A DNA stretch of 64,000 bases from the human T2T-CHM13v2.0 reference genome, Homo sapiens. Each line of letters opens with the position of its first letter. Within the stretch, counting starts at the first letter, position 1. Made by a program: the position numbers and the translations under genes. The notes beneath the pieces are model-generated. The model had not been told where the DNA came from. It ran no database searches and saw nothing but the letters and a program-made list of their open reading frames with translations. Of this stretch, positions 26,590-40,767 are shown piece after piece. The stretch lies in assembly GCF_009914755.1 (NCBI RefSeq), contig NC_060944.1; one strand, 5' to 3'.

Positions 26590-26709
26590 GGTGCTTTCCT
26601 TTTGCACCGCAGAAACGCTAACTCTGCAACATTTCTTTCATTTAGATAAGCTATATACAGAATCAAATCATGTCTTTTCTTTTTGCAAAATGAGACATTT
26701 ATCCCAAGG

Positions 26710-26710
26710 A

Positions 26711-26751
<41 letters not shown>
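26710..26751. repeat. (CT)n microsatellite
   Basis: Direct reading of the sequence. Confidence 0.95.
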
Positions 26752-26752
<1 letters not shown>

Positions 26753-26908
26753 CCTCCTTATCTAGGGGTAAGAGATGTGTTCACATTTAAAATATTTTGT
26801 TCCTTTGAAACCCAATGGAAGGTTTAAGAATGCACCTTGAGGATTTCTAATAACCTGTAGGAAAGGCTAAGGCAGTGAGAGATTCCGCTTCATCTGGCAG
26901 CTTCAATT

Positions 26909-27240
26909 GCAGGGGCTCCCAGCCATGCACATTGGAATCATCAGGGTGGAGGCCAGGGTCTCTTCCCAGACCAATTACATCTCTGATCATCGTTCTAGGG
27001 TTCAGTAATTTCTGAAGCTCTTCAGGGGATTCCAATGGGCAGCCAAGTTTGGGAACCATATTGCTAGAACTTCTCCTCCTGCCACTCAAAGCTTGGTCCC
27101 TAGGCCAGCAGCATCACCATCACCTGGAAGTTTGTTAGGAATGCAGAATTGCAGCCCCATCCAGATCTACTGAATCACAATCTGCATTTTAACAAAATCT
27201 CCAGGTAATTAAAATATACATTGAAGTCTGGACAGCACTG
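26909..27240. mobile_element. Two adjacent MER5-family MITEs
   Basis: gcagccaagtttgggaacca; cagcagcatcaccatcacctggaagtttgttaggaatgcagaatt. Confidence 0.7.
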
Positions 27241-27244
27241 GTCA

Positions 27245-27742
27245 ACCAAGACAACCTGCAGGTCACATTTGCAGGCTTCTAAATTAGTCTGCCTTGGGGA
27301 GGTCTTGTGATTCATGGCAACATCCTGTTCCTGAGTAAAGAATTATCTGAGTTCCTTATCTTATTGACACACTGATTAATGAGTAACCTACTGACATTGA
27401 AAAGGATGCTGATTTGTTTCTGAATTATGAAGTTTTGCTGGTTTGTATCTGAATCAGGAAATTTCACTGATTGTCTTGCACATAGATGTGTTAGCCTGTA
27501 TGTTGCAATCTGTAGACAATGACAATAATCCCTGTATTGTACCCTCCAATGAAAAAGGACAACTCTGATATGGGAGTCCCTCTCCTTTCTCCCATACTTT
27601 CCTATAAAAGCATTCCAACTTGTAACAGACTTTGGATCATTCCCAACTTTGCTGGTGTGTTTTCCCAGGTCATTTCTCACATTTGACTTCCAATAAATCT
27701 TTTTAATCAACTTCTGCTTCGACAGCCCTAATTTTGGTCCAC
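27245..27742 (+). mobile_element. ERV1-class solo LTR (MER4 group; family uncertain)
   Basis: TATA-like ctataaaag at about 27602, aataaa at about 27692, ends ttttggtccaca; tgtattgtaccctccaatgaaaaaggacaact. Confidence 0.6.
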
Positions 27743-27842
27743 AACCATTTGCCTTTGATTTAGTCTTTACTCCTAAGGTCCCCTTTTCATGATCCAAACC
27801 ATTTCAACTCAATAAGGATTTTAAAATCAGTCCATTCCCTCT

Positions 27843-28043
27843 GTGTATATATAAAATCATATATTTATTACGGAGAGAATTTACTGATATATATAAACAC
27901 ATATACACATACATTTAGATATATGTATATTTAGGTGTATTTAGATGTGTGTGTGCATATATGTACATATACACACATATACATATATATATACACATAT
28001 ACATATATATACACATATACATATATATATATAGAGAGAGAGA
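27843..28043. repeat. Compound (TA)n/(CATATA)n/(GA)n microsatellite
   Basis: Direct reading of the sequence. Confidence 0.9.
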
Positions 28044-29258
28044 TAGTATCAAATAAAAAAAATCTAGCCCCTAAACTTCAGATTAATAGGGTCATTCTTT
28101 CATTTAATAGAAAAAGAAACAGCAATTCAAAACAGAAAAGGAAAAATGATTGATTCACAACACCAAGGGCACCTCTGGACATTATGCTCCTAGAATGCAT
28201 TCTGTGACTGAATGATGGAGCGTATTTATCCCATGTGTTTATCCAAGAGGGCAAGTTTAAGTCCAGAATGCAGGACTCTGAAAAGAGTTTACTGAATAAT
28301 CCCATTGATTCCCTCAATGATACTAACAGAACAGCACAAACCCTTGTACCAACAAAGAGAGATGATCCACTTCTTTCCTCTCTAAGCTGCCTTGCCAAAT
28401 TGAAGCTCCTCTTCTCTAAGTTATATCTCAGATAAAGCTTAGTTATATCTTAGATAAAGCAAAACACACACATCAGAAGAGACTCAAACAACATTATCTT
28501 TCCTGTTTCCAAAATTGTATTCTATCAGTTGTTTTCACATAAAGACCACAGATTTAACAAAAACATAAAATCCAGGGGTTCTTTAACAAGAAACATAAAA
28601 TCCAGGGGTGTTTTGGCCCAGGAATGTTCTTGAAGACATCGTTCGCTACTTCATTAAGTGTCCCCCTAGAAAGGCCTCCTGACACACTTATTTACAAATT
28701 AGAGTTAGAAAGCTTGGCTTTCCTAGAGGAAATTCTGCTTTTCCCACTCCCCTTTTCTGTTGATAGAAATCTTGTAACTGTTTCAAATGGACTCCCCAGA
28801 GGCTTGAAAAAAATCAAATTTATAGCTTAACTATTGATTTTGTTCATGTGTAAGGCCTGTAGTCTACTTGCATTCCCTTCTGTCTCTTCTTCCTTCCATA
28901 ATTTACGTGTTTCTTGGCCTTCACTGTTGAACTATGTAATTTGCCACACCTTTATTACATGGAATTTCATTGTACATTAATGCTATTCCACTTGGGAAAC
29001 AAAGTTGATTTTTAAAAAATTCCTCTCAATGACCACTTCTGGTCTTTAATTTCCTCCCTTATGAAAATGTATTTAAGTAGTCCTCAGCAATTTTAAAATC
29101 CCTTGATCTTACATCTGACCCAGGATGCTGGAGCAGGTCAATCAACTAGGGTCTTCTGAAGGCTGTTTACTCTTTAGGAAAATACTACCCCACTGCACAG
29201 ACAGAAAACTATATAAAAAGCTGCCAATGTCTTCAGCATCTTAGAAATAGACTACAGA

Positions 29259-29595
<337 letters not shown>

Positions 29596-30859
29596 TTAAA
29601 AATCCTTTAGCCCAGACTGCACCCAAGAGCAAATACTTAATAAATAAGAATCTCTGGGGTAAAGACCAGGCAGTGGTAGTTTTAAACCTCTCCCAGGCAA
29701 TTCCTAGTATTTGAGGTTGAAAACCCGTGTCCTAATGCAGTGCGTATTAAACCCTACTTGGCACATAAATGCCCCAGGTATCTCCTTAAACAGCAGACTC
29801 CAAGGGAGCAGGTCTGGCATAAGGCTCAATATTCTGAATTTCTAACAAGCTCTTAGGTGAGGCTAATACTGCTGGCTGCAGAGCATGCTCTTAGTTGCAA
29901 GGTCTCAAAGAATAGATTGTGTTCCCTTGGTGGCTGAACTGGGGTTTACATATTCCAGGGAAAATGAAATCAGCACCATGTCCTAGAGAGAGTGCTGGAT
30001 TATAAATCTGGCAATCTGGATTCTAGTGCAAGTTCCATCTGTGGCAACTATGAAGCCTTCACCAAATCACTTTCCCTTGCTGGGGCTATGGTCCTTATCT
30101 GTACTGAGAGGGTTTCCCTGGCACCCTTCTAGCTTCAAAATTCTGTTGCTTTGAAGGCTCTCTCCATGTCTCAGCTAATCCAGATAGTTACAGCTCCTAC
30201 AAAGTGCAAAGCAGCTGGCTTGATTGAAAAACAATCTGATAGGTGCTTACCTACTGGGAGAGAAAACTGTATGCATGAACTGAGGTTTGTGTATGCTTTC
30301 CTTCACTTTTAAATTCCTAAAACAAGCACTGACCCTTTATGTGAACAAATCCTAGGTTACTTACATGAGCACATCCTGTCACATGCCATTTGGTGTCCTG
30401 ACACATTCTTAACAATGTCAGAACCAAACTCGAGTAGGTTGATGCAAAAGTGGTTCCAATTCTCCTCTTCTGTCTGTATGCATGTCCTTTGGAGTGTGAC
30501 TCCGCACCTCCTCCCATCAGGAGATGGAGTCTGTTTCCCTTTCCCTTGACTTTGGGTTTAGCTCTGGCCAATGGAATACAGCAGAGATGATGTTGTGCCC
30601 AATCAAGTCTACGTTTCTAGAGGCTGTGCAGCTTTGAATCCTGCCTGGTTACCATGTGTACAAGTCTGTACTAGCCTGGTGAATGATGAGAGACACGAGG
30701 AACAGAGACCAGTCTTTCCAGCTGAGGCCATGCTAGGCCAGCCAGCCTCTAGCCAACTCAGAAGCTGATGCGAGTGAGCCCTGATGAGGCTAGAACCATG
30801 GGTCAAGCACAGGCCAAACTGCCAACTTGCTGAATTGTGAGGAACAATAAACAGTTTTT

Positions 30860-31731
30860 AAAAAAATTTATTTTAAGTTCCAGGATACATGTGGAGGACG
30901 TGCAGTTTTATTACATAGGTAAACATGTGCCATGGTGGCTTGCTGCACCTATCAATCTCTCACCTAGGTAGTAAGCCCTGCATGCATTAGCTACTTATCC
31001 TGATGCTTTCCCTCCCCCCATGACAGGCCCAGTGTGTGTTGTTCCTGGCCTATCTCCCTGTGTCCATGTTTTCTCATTGTTCAGCTCCCACTTATGAGTG
31101 AGAACATGCGGTGTTTCGTTTTGTGTTCCTGTGTTAGTTTGCTGAGGATGATGGCTTCCAGCTTCATCCATGTCCCTGCAAAGGACATGATCTCATTCCT
31201 TTTTATGGCTGTGTGGTATTCCATGGTGTATACATATCGCACTTTCTTTATCCAGTCTATCATTGATGGGTATTTGGCTTGATCCCGTGTCTTTGCTATT
31301 GCAGATAGTGCTGTAAGAAACATATACATACATGTATCTTTATAATAGAATGATTAATGTTCCTTTGGGTATATACCTAGTAATGGGATTGCTGGGTCAA
31401 ATGGTATTTCTGGTTCTAGATCCTTGAGGAATCACCACACTGTCTTCCACAATGGTTGAACTAATCTACATTTCTACCAACAGTGTAAAATCATTCCTAT
31501 TTCTCCACAGCCTTGCCAGGATCTGTTGTTTCTTGACTTTTTAATAATCACCATTCTGACTGGTGTGAGATGGTATCTCATTGTGGTTTTGATTTGCATT
31601 TCTCTAATGATAGTGATGTTGAGCTTTATTTCATATGCTTGTTGGCCGCATAAATGTCTTCCTTTGAGAAGTGTCTGTTCATGTTCTTTGCCCACTTTTG
31701 ATGGGGCTGTATGTTTTTTTCTTTTAAATTT
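30860..31731 (-). mobile_element. 5'-truncated L1PA (about PA8-PA11)
   Basis: 3' UTR plus decayed ORF2 C-terminus (ORF 31081-31329, WIKKVRYVYTMEYHTAIKRNEIMSFAGTWMKLE). Confidence 0.92.
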
Positions 31732-31757
31732 GAATAAATGCTTATTGTTTTAAACTC

Positions 31758-33442
31758 TTTTTATACTGTGGTAAAATATACATAAAATTTACCATTTTAA
31801 CTATTTCTAAGTATAAAATTTGGTGGTATTCAGTCAATCCACAGTGTTGTACAACCATCACCACTATTCCTTTCTGGAACTTTTTTTAAATCATCTCACG
31901 TAGAAACTTTGTACCCATTAAACAATAATTCCCCTTCCCTCCAGCCCCTGGTAACCTCGAATCTACTTTCTGTTTCTATGACTTTGCCTATCTAGCTTCC
32001 CCATATAAGTGAAATCACACAAGACTTGTTCTTTTGTCCCTGGTTTATTTCACTTCGCATAGTGTTTTCAAGGTGCATCCATGTTGTAACATGTATAAGA
32101 ATTTCATTCCTTTTAAAAGTTGAATAATATCTACCACATTTTGTTTATCCATTCATTCATCTGTCAACAGACATTTGGATTGTTGCACCTTTTGGCTGTC
32201 GTGAATAATGCTCCTGTGAACATTGATATACAATAATCTGTTCAAGTCCTTGTTTTGAACTATTTTGGGTGTACTGAGTAGTGGAGTTGCTAGAGTTAAG
32301 TCCACGTTTAACCTTCTGAAGAATCAACAAACTGTTTTCCACAGCAGCTGCACCATTTGGTATTCCCATCAGCACTGCATGAGGATGCCAATGTCTCCGC
32401 ATCCTTGAAACACTTGTTATTTTCCATTAAAAATATTATTTTAATCATAGCCATCCTAATGGGTGTGACTTAGTATCTCACTGTGATTTTTGATTTGCAT
32501 TTTCTCAGACTATGTTGATTTTCTTTTCCTGCACTTATTAGCCATCTATATATCTTCTCTGGAGCAGTATCTAGCTATGTCTTTTGCTTGTATTTGAGTT
32601 GGGCTGTTTCTTTTTATTGTTGCTGAGTTGTTACAGATTTTTCTATATTCTGGGTATTAATCCCTTATCAGATATATTATTTGCAACTATTTTCTCATAT
32701 TCTACGGATTTTCACTCTCTTAACAGTGTAATTCAGTGCAAAAAGTTTTGCATTTTGATAAGTCTAATTTATCATTTTTTTTCTTTCGGTGCTTGCGCTT
32801 TTGGTGTAATTTTCAAGGAATTATTACTAAATCCAATGTCATGAAGCTTCCGCCATGTTTCCTTCTAAAAGTTTTATAGTTTTAACTTCTGTGGTTACAT
32901 TTTGACCCATTTTGAGTTAATTTATGTATATGGTATAAGATAAGGGGCCACCTTCATTTTTTAGGCTGTTGGGTATCCAGTTCTCCCGGCGTTATTTGTT
33001 GAAAAGATTATCCTTTCTCCATTAAATAGTCTTGGTTGCCTTGTGGAAAAGCATCTGACCTCATATGTGAGGGTTTGTTTCTGAGTGCTATATTCTATTC
33101 CATTGGCCTAGATGTCCGTTCTTATACCATTATAATATTATTTTGGTTTTAATTGTAGTTTTGTAGTAAGTTTTGAGATCAGGAGGTGTGAATCCTCTAA
33201 CATTGTTCTTTTTCAAGAGAGTTTTGGCTATTTGGGCCCTTTGGGATTCCATATGAATTTTAGGATGGTTTTCCTATTTCTGTAAAAAACACTGTTGACA
33301 TTTAGATAGGGATTGGATTGAACCTATGGATGACTTTCGTAGCATTTTCACCTTAACAATATTATGTCTTCCAATGTATGAACAGAGGATGTCTTTTCAT
33401 TTATTTATGTCTTCTTTCTCTCAGTAATGTTTTGCAGTTTGA
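31758..33442 (-). mobile_element. 5'-truncated L1MB-type element
   Basis: tgtggtaaaatatacataaaatttaccatttta terminus followed by degraded ORF2. Confidence 0.88.
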
Positions 33443-34455
33443 GTGTATTTTAAGCTCTTTAGCTTCAGAGTGCTTTGTTACACAGACTTATTTGTCATAA
33501 TAGATAACCATTATTGATCTTAGTCCAGGCCACTGACTCTAAGGCTGCTGATTTCTCTGCTGGATAGAAAGCTCCCAGCAAGGGATTAACCTTTCTTATC
33601 TGCAAAACAGGTTGTCAGGGGAACTGCTTCTCTGCTGTCCTCACATTTCCCTGCAGAGTCTTCCACTGGAATAATACTTCTGTTCTCTCCCACCTCCCCT
33701 ACTCATCTGCATGTGGCAGGGAGTGTGGCTTATCTGGCAGGGGAGAAAGGAGAACGGTTAGGGCCCATGCATGGCTCAAAGGACCTTCTCTTCATTTTTT
33801 CTGGAGAGTTTTCCTGTCTGCATAGCCTGTGTTTTCTACTTCCATGGGGTAAGGACCCAGAACTTCTCTTCTGGAGGTTAAGAGTCCCACTCTGACCCCA
33901 AACAGGCAGGTAAGTGTGTGTAAAGTGACTCCTCTGTAGCAGGTTGACCAGTATCAGCCTTGCAGAGCTCTCTCTTATATCTAAGCTGGAGGGTGAGATA
34001 GAGGTGTATATTGTACAAGGCCTCCTTAGTAAATGGGGCTTTATAATAATAAAGCTGATATCTGGATTCCCATCTATCTTTCCCACAGCCTATTACAAGG
34101 GAGAGTCTGCAAAGATATTCACATTGCCTTAATTTCATGTGTAAGCATAATAATTTGAATTAGCCCTGGAAATGAGAGGAAAGCAAGCAGAATTTCCAAG
34201 AATTTAGAAATTGAGGAAGAGAGTTGCTACCAGAATGGGGGAAAGAGGTCAGGAGACAAAAAGGGTTAAAACAGAAAGGGTTGGTTCTATAACAAGAAAG
34301 TTCCCCTTTATTAATCTTTATGTGCTATCATCTGTCTCTTGCATTTGATCGTCCCAATAGCCCTAGGAGACTTATATTATTATTACACCTCATCTTACAA
34401 ATCAGAAAGAAGAAGTTACAAGCATTGACTGAGGTTCCATAGCTTTTTTAGTGGT

Positions 34456-34917
34456 TGTAGCAGGTGAAATATTCTCTCGATTCTTCCCTCCTTCCCTGTG
34501 ATGATGATATATCTCACCGTCTGCATGTGACTTTTTAAGAGCCTCCCAGTAGAGTGGGACCCACTGACTTTGAACTTGGCCACGTGTCTTGTTTTGGCCA
34601 CTGGAATGTTGGTGAACTGACAAAAGCAGAGGCTATTATATATATCGACTGGTTCCTTGAGTCTTTGCCATCTGCCCTGAAAAAAACCTGACCTGGGCAG
34701 TTGCTGGTCCAAAAAAAATGCCAAGAGGCGTCCAGAACAGACCTGAACCCAACCTAAAACCCGCAGCCAACTCTAAGTGACCTGAACCTCAAAGCAGAGT
34801 AACCCTACCAGCCTAAGACCCATGAGCAAGAAAAAGAAATGTTTGCTGTTATAAGTCATTAGCATTTGTAGGGTTGTTTGCTATGTAGCATTTTGGCAAC
34901 CATAGTTGACTAATACA
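34456..34917 (+). mobile_element. MLT1I/J-like LTR inserted in a MIR
   Basis: tgactttgaacttggccacgtgtcttgttttggcc...ttgactaataca. Confidence 0.65.
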
Positions 34918-34948
34918 CTGGTGAACTCGGGATTAAACTCCAGGAATG

Positions 34949-35280
<332 letters not shown>

Positions 35281-36938
35281 CTAATGTTGCTACCATACAA
35301 CCTAGGGAATAATAGTGCCCATGGCTAGCTGCATTGTATTCAGGTGGAGCACAGCCCCTTGGTGTCTGGGATGTGCTTACTACAGATGCTCACCTGTCAT
35401 GAATTAATTATCTTTATGGCTAGTGCTTCAGGCTGATTCGTCAGTCAGTTTCTGAGAATCTAAAAGTTCTTTTTGCAGATCATTCTATTCTCATCATTTT
35501 GCACTGCAGGACTTTTCCATGCTAGATTAGTAGCTAGTAAGAAGCTTGGTTTACATGCAATATTTGACAGAGCTGAGATTCAGAGCTGCTCCAAATCAGT
35601 CAAACGTGACCACAGCATCTGAGCTGAACACAGAAAGGATCCTCTTCATCAATCAAAGTTCGGTTTCCTCTGAGGGAATAATTAGAACTGAATCCAAGGA
35701 TATTCCCCATCTTGCCTGAACTGTACATGTAACAGAGCTTTAGCAGGCAAAACTATCCATTTATTCAATCTACTCTAACTAGAAAATAACAAAACAAAAA
35801 CCAAAAAGCAAGCAAACAAAACAAAGATGTCATCACTCACGAATTTCAGTTCTAATTCCTCTAAGTCACAGATGGTTTAGACAGAGGTGGCTTTGATGTG
35901 AAAGCCAAGTTGATTTATTTTGCCTCATTTTATCTTAGCAAAGAACCCAGGAAGGTGGGAGGGACTACTTTCAACACGGAAGCATCACAAAGTGCAGCAA
36001 GCTGGAAGGAATGGTGCCCTGGAGGGGAAAGATTATAGACGCCTCCGGTGTAGAAAATGGCCAAATGGCCTACAAGCTACCTGCCAATGACACAGTGACT
36101 TTCTGGGTAGATGGAGCTCTCAGGAAGTAATGCAAGCACTTTTGGCCTTTCCTGGGAAGTGTTTCTAGTTGGGGAGGGAGAACACATTGGCAGCAGCAAG
36201 CTTTACCTGGAAGAGAGGAGGTAGCCATCCATTTTCTTTATCTGTGTCAACTCCACCTTCTCTGTTTTCTTCTTCCCGCTTCTGTGAATCCCTTCCATTC
36301 ATTCCACCTCATTCCCTGAAGACTCCAAGTTCTGCCCTATTTATATCAGAGAATCAGCTCCTCCTGGCACCCAAAGGTTTCTGCCTCTCCCTGGCTGATC
36401 CCCAGCTCACATACAGCTTCTGCCTGAGAAAAACATTTAAGACTGTCTTTCCATATTGTTCTTCTTGATGAGCTAATACCCCAACTGGTACGTTAGTTAA
36501 GCAAAACTGTGTACATCCTCACCCATGATAGGGCTTTCCTGACTCCAGATAGCTTATGGATTCAAGTTATTTTTCTAGATTTACAGATAACATTAGAGTG
36601 CTTATGCTGTGCTGCTATACACACCCTTTGAAGTGCCTGCTCTCCCTCTCTGTCTGTATATAATCTCCATAACAACCGTATGAGATTTGCACTATTATCC
36701 CCATTTTACAGGTGTGGAAACTGAGTCTTGAGCCAGGAGGTAGAAAAGCTGTGCCTCTGAACCCAGGCCGTCTAGCTACAGAACCCACATCTTCACTGCT
36801 ACATTCACATTGCTAACGTCATAAAAAAAGCTTTACTTCCTGACAGTTGTGTTAAGAGCTTTACATATATTTTCAAATTTAATCCGCTAAAAAATCCTAT
36901 AAGATTGGCAGAATTATGATCACCACACCACAAATTAT

Positions 36939-37380
36939 TGATATCAGGGTAAACACACCTGATAGCAATAACTTAAACACATCCTTAGAATAACCCTGTA
37001 TGGCAGATGCACCTGAATGTGTGTTCCAAGCTAGGGCATCCGGGAGTGGCCAACCTGATTAGTTCCTTGTCAATGACAAATATCAGAGCCCCTGGGCTCT
37101 TCTGTGGAACACAAGCTGCCTAGGGCACTGAGGTCCTGAGTTTTGGGTTAAATGAAGGTTGCCAGCTGGATGTCATTAGGGGGAAGGTGCTATGTGAAAA
37201 TGCTACATAAACTGCATGCTATTTGCAAGCAATTGCGGTTTTCCTGCCACTGGACCCTCTCCCCTGTATGTGAGCCCCCTAATAAAACCCCATGTCTCAT
37301 TTTCTGGCTCTGGGTCTCTTCTCTGGCCTCTTGAATGGGGTCCCCTTTGCTATTGAGGTTAACAGGAGTTTGACACAACA
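36939..37380 (+). mobile_element. ERVL-class solo LTR (LTR32-like, uncertain) inside a MIR
   Basis: TG...CA ends, internal aataaa, gtatggcagatgcacctgaatgtgtgttcc; MIR sequence on both sides. Confidence 0.6.
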
Positions 37381-37845
37381 GCATATGGCACAAGGACACT
37401 GAAGTATGGAGGACAAGCCACTCAGTGAAGGTCACAAAGCTATAGTTTAAGTGGAGGAATCAGGTTTTGAAGCCAGGTCTCTCTAGAGCCAAAGCTTGTT
37501 CTCTTAGCTAGAAATCCTATTCACACCCCTGCATCCAAACTTGTGACCTCTAATGACTCCTCCTGCTTTGTGAGTCCCTCCAGCTTGATCTGCTTTGTCC
37601 CTTTGCCACCCACACACCAAAATGACACCTCTTTCTCCTCCCTCTTTAGACATTTAGAGAAAAGATACCTGGTTGTCTTGTCAGTTTTCCGCCTCCAAGG
37701 GGCCATGGAATGCTGTAGGCTAGGCATTCTATGGCAGGGAGGAAAAGCCCAGGCTTGTACAACTCCTCACTGGGGCGTTATCTGGGATGCAGCTTTATTC
37801 AGAAGCACTAGGTACCCCAGTACAAGGAACTGTAGAGAGAATAAG

Positions 37846-38300
37846 TGTTCTAATTTGGGTTCCCTTGAAAGCAACTCAAGGAAGAAGGACTTTAGTGCAG
37901 GTTCTTTATTTGTGAGGAGATTCCAGAAAGCCACATGACAGACTGAAGAAAGTGCAATGAAAATGAGAGAAATCCACATTGGGTGCCCCATTGAGCTGGT
38001 TAATGCTGTGGGCAACTGGGCCTCTGTGCTGCAGCAGATGCCCTGCAGAGCCATGTCAAATGCAGGTCAGAGAAGCGGGGGTATTTATCCAAGAACTTCC
38101 TTTCCACATTGGTTAAGGATTACCTTTGGGGGCATTCATTGCCTGGCATTTCTGGGCAGGATTGTCATGTCAGAGAAAGCCCTTGGACACAGAGCAGAGA
38201 GAAACTGTTAGTGTGCATGAGATGAGTCCACCAAAGCTGCAGGTAAACTCAGGTGTGTTCAGGGGATATGAAGCAGGGCATCTTCATGACTGCTGTAGCC
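37846..38300 (-). mobile_element. LTR33-like ERVL LTR
   Basis: gggttcccttgaaagcaactc...tttatttgtgaggagattccagaaagc. Confidence 0.55.
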
Positions 38301-38547
38301 AGCTTTGCACATGGATAGATGTAGGTTTGAATATCTGCTCTGTCACCTAACTATAAGGTCTTATGCGAACTATGGAAACCTCTCTGTAAATATCAGATTC
38401 CTTCCCTAAAAAACAGACATAATGATATATTGCTAGATTGGAGGAAGGATTAAGTGAGACATGGTATGTGTTAACACCTGGCACAGTGTCAGGTATACAG
38501 TGGACAACTACTATTGCTTCCCCACTGGGTTAAAAGTGAAGAGAATT

Positions 38548-38915
<368 letters not shown>

Positions 38916-38924
38916 TTAGTAGGT

Positions 38925-39349
38925 TGATATGATTTGGATCTGTGTCCCTGCCCAAATTTCATGTCAAATAGTAATCTCCAATGTTGGCGGTAGGGCCCGG
39001 TGGGAGGTGACTGGATCATGGGGGGTGAACTTCTCATGAATGATTTAGTGCCATCCCCTTGGTACTATTCTCATGATAATGAGTGAGTTCTCACAAGATC
39101 TCAGTCTTCAAAAGTGTGTGGCACCTCCTGCCGCCCTCTCTTCCTCCTGCTCTAGCCATGTGATGTATCTGCTCCACCTCTGCCTTCCCCGATGATTGTA
39201 AGTTTTCTGAGGCCTCCCCAGACACCAAGTAGATGCCAGCATCATGCTTCCTGTGCAGCCTGCAGAGGAGGTGAGCCAATTACTCTTTTCTTTATAAATT
39301 ACCCAGTCTTAGTTAATTTTTTGTAGCAGTGTGAGAATGGACTAATACA
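38925..39349 (+). mobile_element. MSTA-type MaLR solo LTR
   Basis: tgatatgatttggatctgtgtccc...gactaataca; 5-bp TSD (t/c)aggt. Confidence 0.9.
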
Positions 39350-40446
39350 CAGGTGCTTGTCAAGTGAAGGAAGGAGTAAAAGACCCCACATGTGGACCGT
39401 AGCCCAGGAGGGGCAATAACTACAATTATATACAGTGGCATGAATAAGGCTGAATCTCATAATCATAATGTTGAGTGAAAGAAATCAGGCACAATCATAC
39501 AGGTACTAAAGAATTCCATGAAAATTAAGTTCAAAAACCAGCAAAATGTATAGTTGGCAACGGTGACCCATGGAGGTGATTGAGAATGGAAGCAGACACA
39601 AGGTGAGAATCTGCTGGGGTGGGTCTATAACATCGTGATTCTTGATCTGATGTGTTTCCTTTGTGAAAATGTGTTGGGCTGTACACTTCATAACTTGTGC
39701 ACTTAAAGAATACATTAAATGTCAATTAAAACTTAAAAACATAGGGGTGAGAGAGTATAGGCCTTGGTTTTCAAGCATTGTAGGACCTGCCTCCCCATGA
39801 AATGAGAAACAGAGACACCAAGAGATAATTTCCTTCTGTGTGCATCTAGAACAAAGAGACTTAAGAAAGCCAATCAATTTTAGAAAATTAACTAAAATTT
39901 GATATAAAAGATCTTTTGCTGATTTATGTTTTAAAAATGAAAGTCTATATTTCATATTCTCTACTAACTTCCTCCTCCCATACCTTCTAATTACAGAGGG
40001 GAAAAGAGTAACGTTGGAGTTGAAAAGCCTGGCAGACACCATGTTCGACTGAGTGATCAGAGTGAGCGCCGCCAGCCATGAAACACACTGAATCTGGAAC
40101 AATGGTGCAGCCCACTATGGCTTCTCTGATAGTCCTGCCAAAGGTGCATCACCTGAACCTGACTATGAGAAAGTGTCAGCCAAAGGAAAATGGAGGGACA
40201 TTCTGTAAAACAACTGGCCTGTGCTCTTCAGAAGTGCCAAGGCCAATATAAAGAAAGGCTGAGGAACTGTTCTGGAATCAATAAGACTAAAAAGAGATAT
40301 GACAAAATATGCAACATGTGACTTTCAATTGGATCTTCATTATTAGGGCAACTGGAGAACCTTCTTGGGACCTGATAAATAAGTGGCAGTAAGGTCTCAG
40401 TGTTAATGTCTTAATGTTGATGGTGGCATGTGGCTGTGTAGAAAAC

Positions 40447-40767
40447 GCAGGCATGGCGGCTCACACCTGTAATCCCAGCACTTTGGGAGGCCAAGGTGGG
40501 AGGATCACTTGGGCCCAGGAATTAAAGACCAGACTAGGGAGACCCTGTATCTACAAAAAATATTTTAAAAAATTAGCCAGGCATGGTAGGTAGCATGTGC
40601 CTGCAGTCCCAGCTACTCCGGAGGCTAAGGTGGGAGGATTACTTGAGCGTGGGAGGTTGAGGCTACAGTGAGATATGATCTTCATGCCACTGCCCTCCAG
40701 CCTGGGCAATGCAACAAGACTCTGTCTAAAAAAAAAGAAAAGAAAAAAGAAAAGGAGAAAAAGAAAA
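40447..40767 (+). mobile_element. AluJ with a purine-only A/G tail
   Basis: ggaggattacttgagcgtgggaggttgaggctacagtgag. Confidence 0.9.

Larger units (their letters stand above)
30435..33512 (+). mobile_element. MLT1H-like LTR in three pieces (30435-30855, about 31732-31760, about 33444-33512) split by two L1s
   Basis: ctcctcccatcaggagatggagtctgtttccc body; terminal tttgttacacag...aatagataacc appears only after the L1s. Confidence 0.65.

Noticed and set aside
27312-27797. 161-aa ORF
   Set aside because: Lies antisense within an LTR, with no gag/pol/env motifs.
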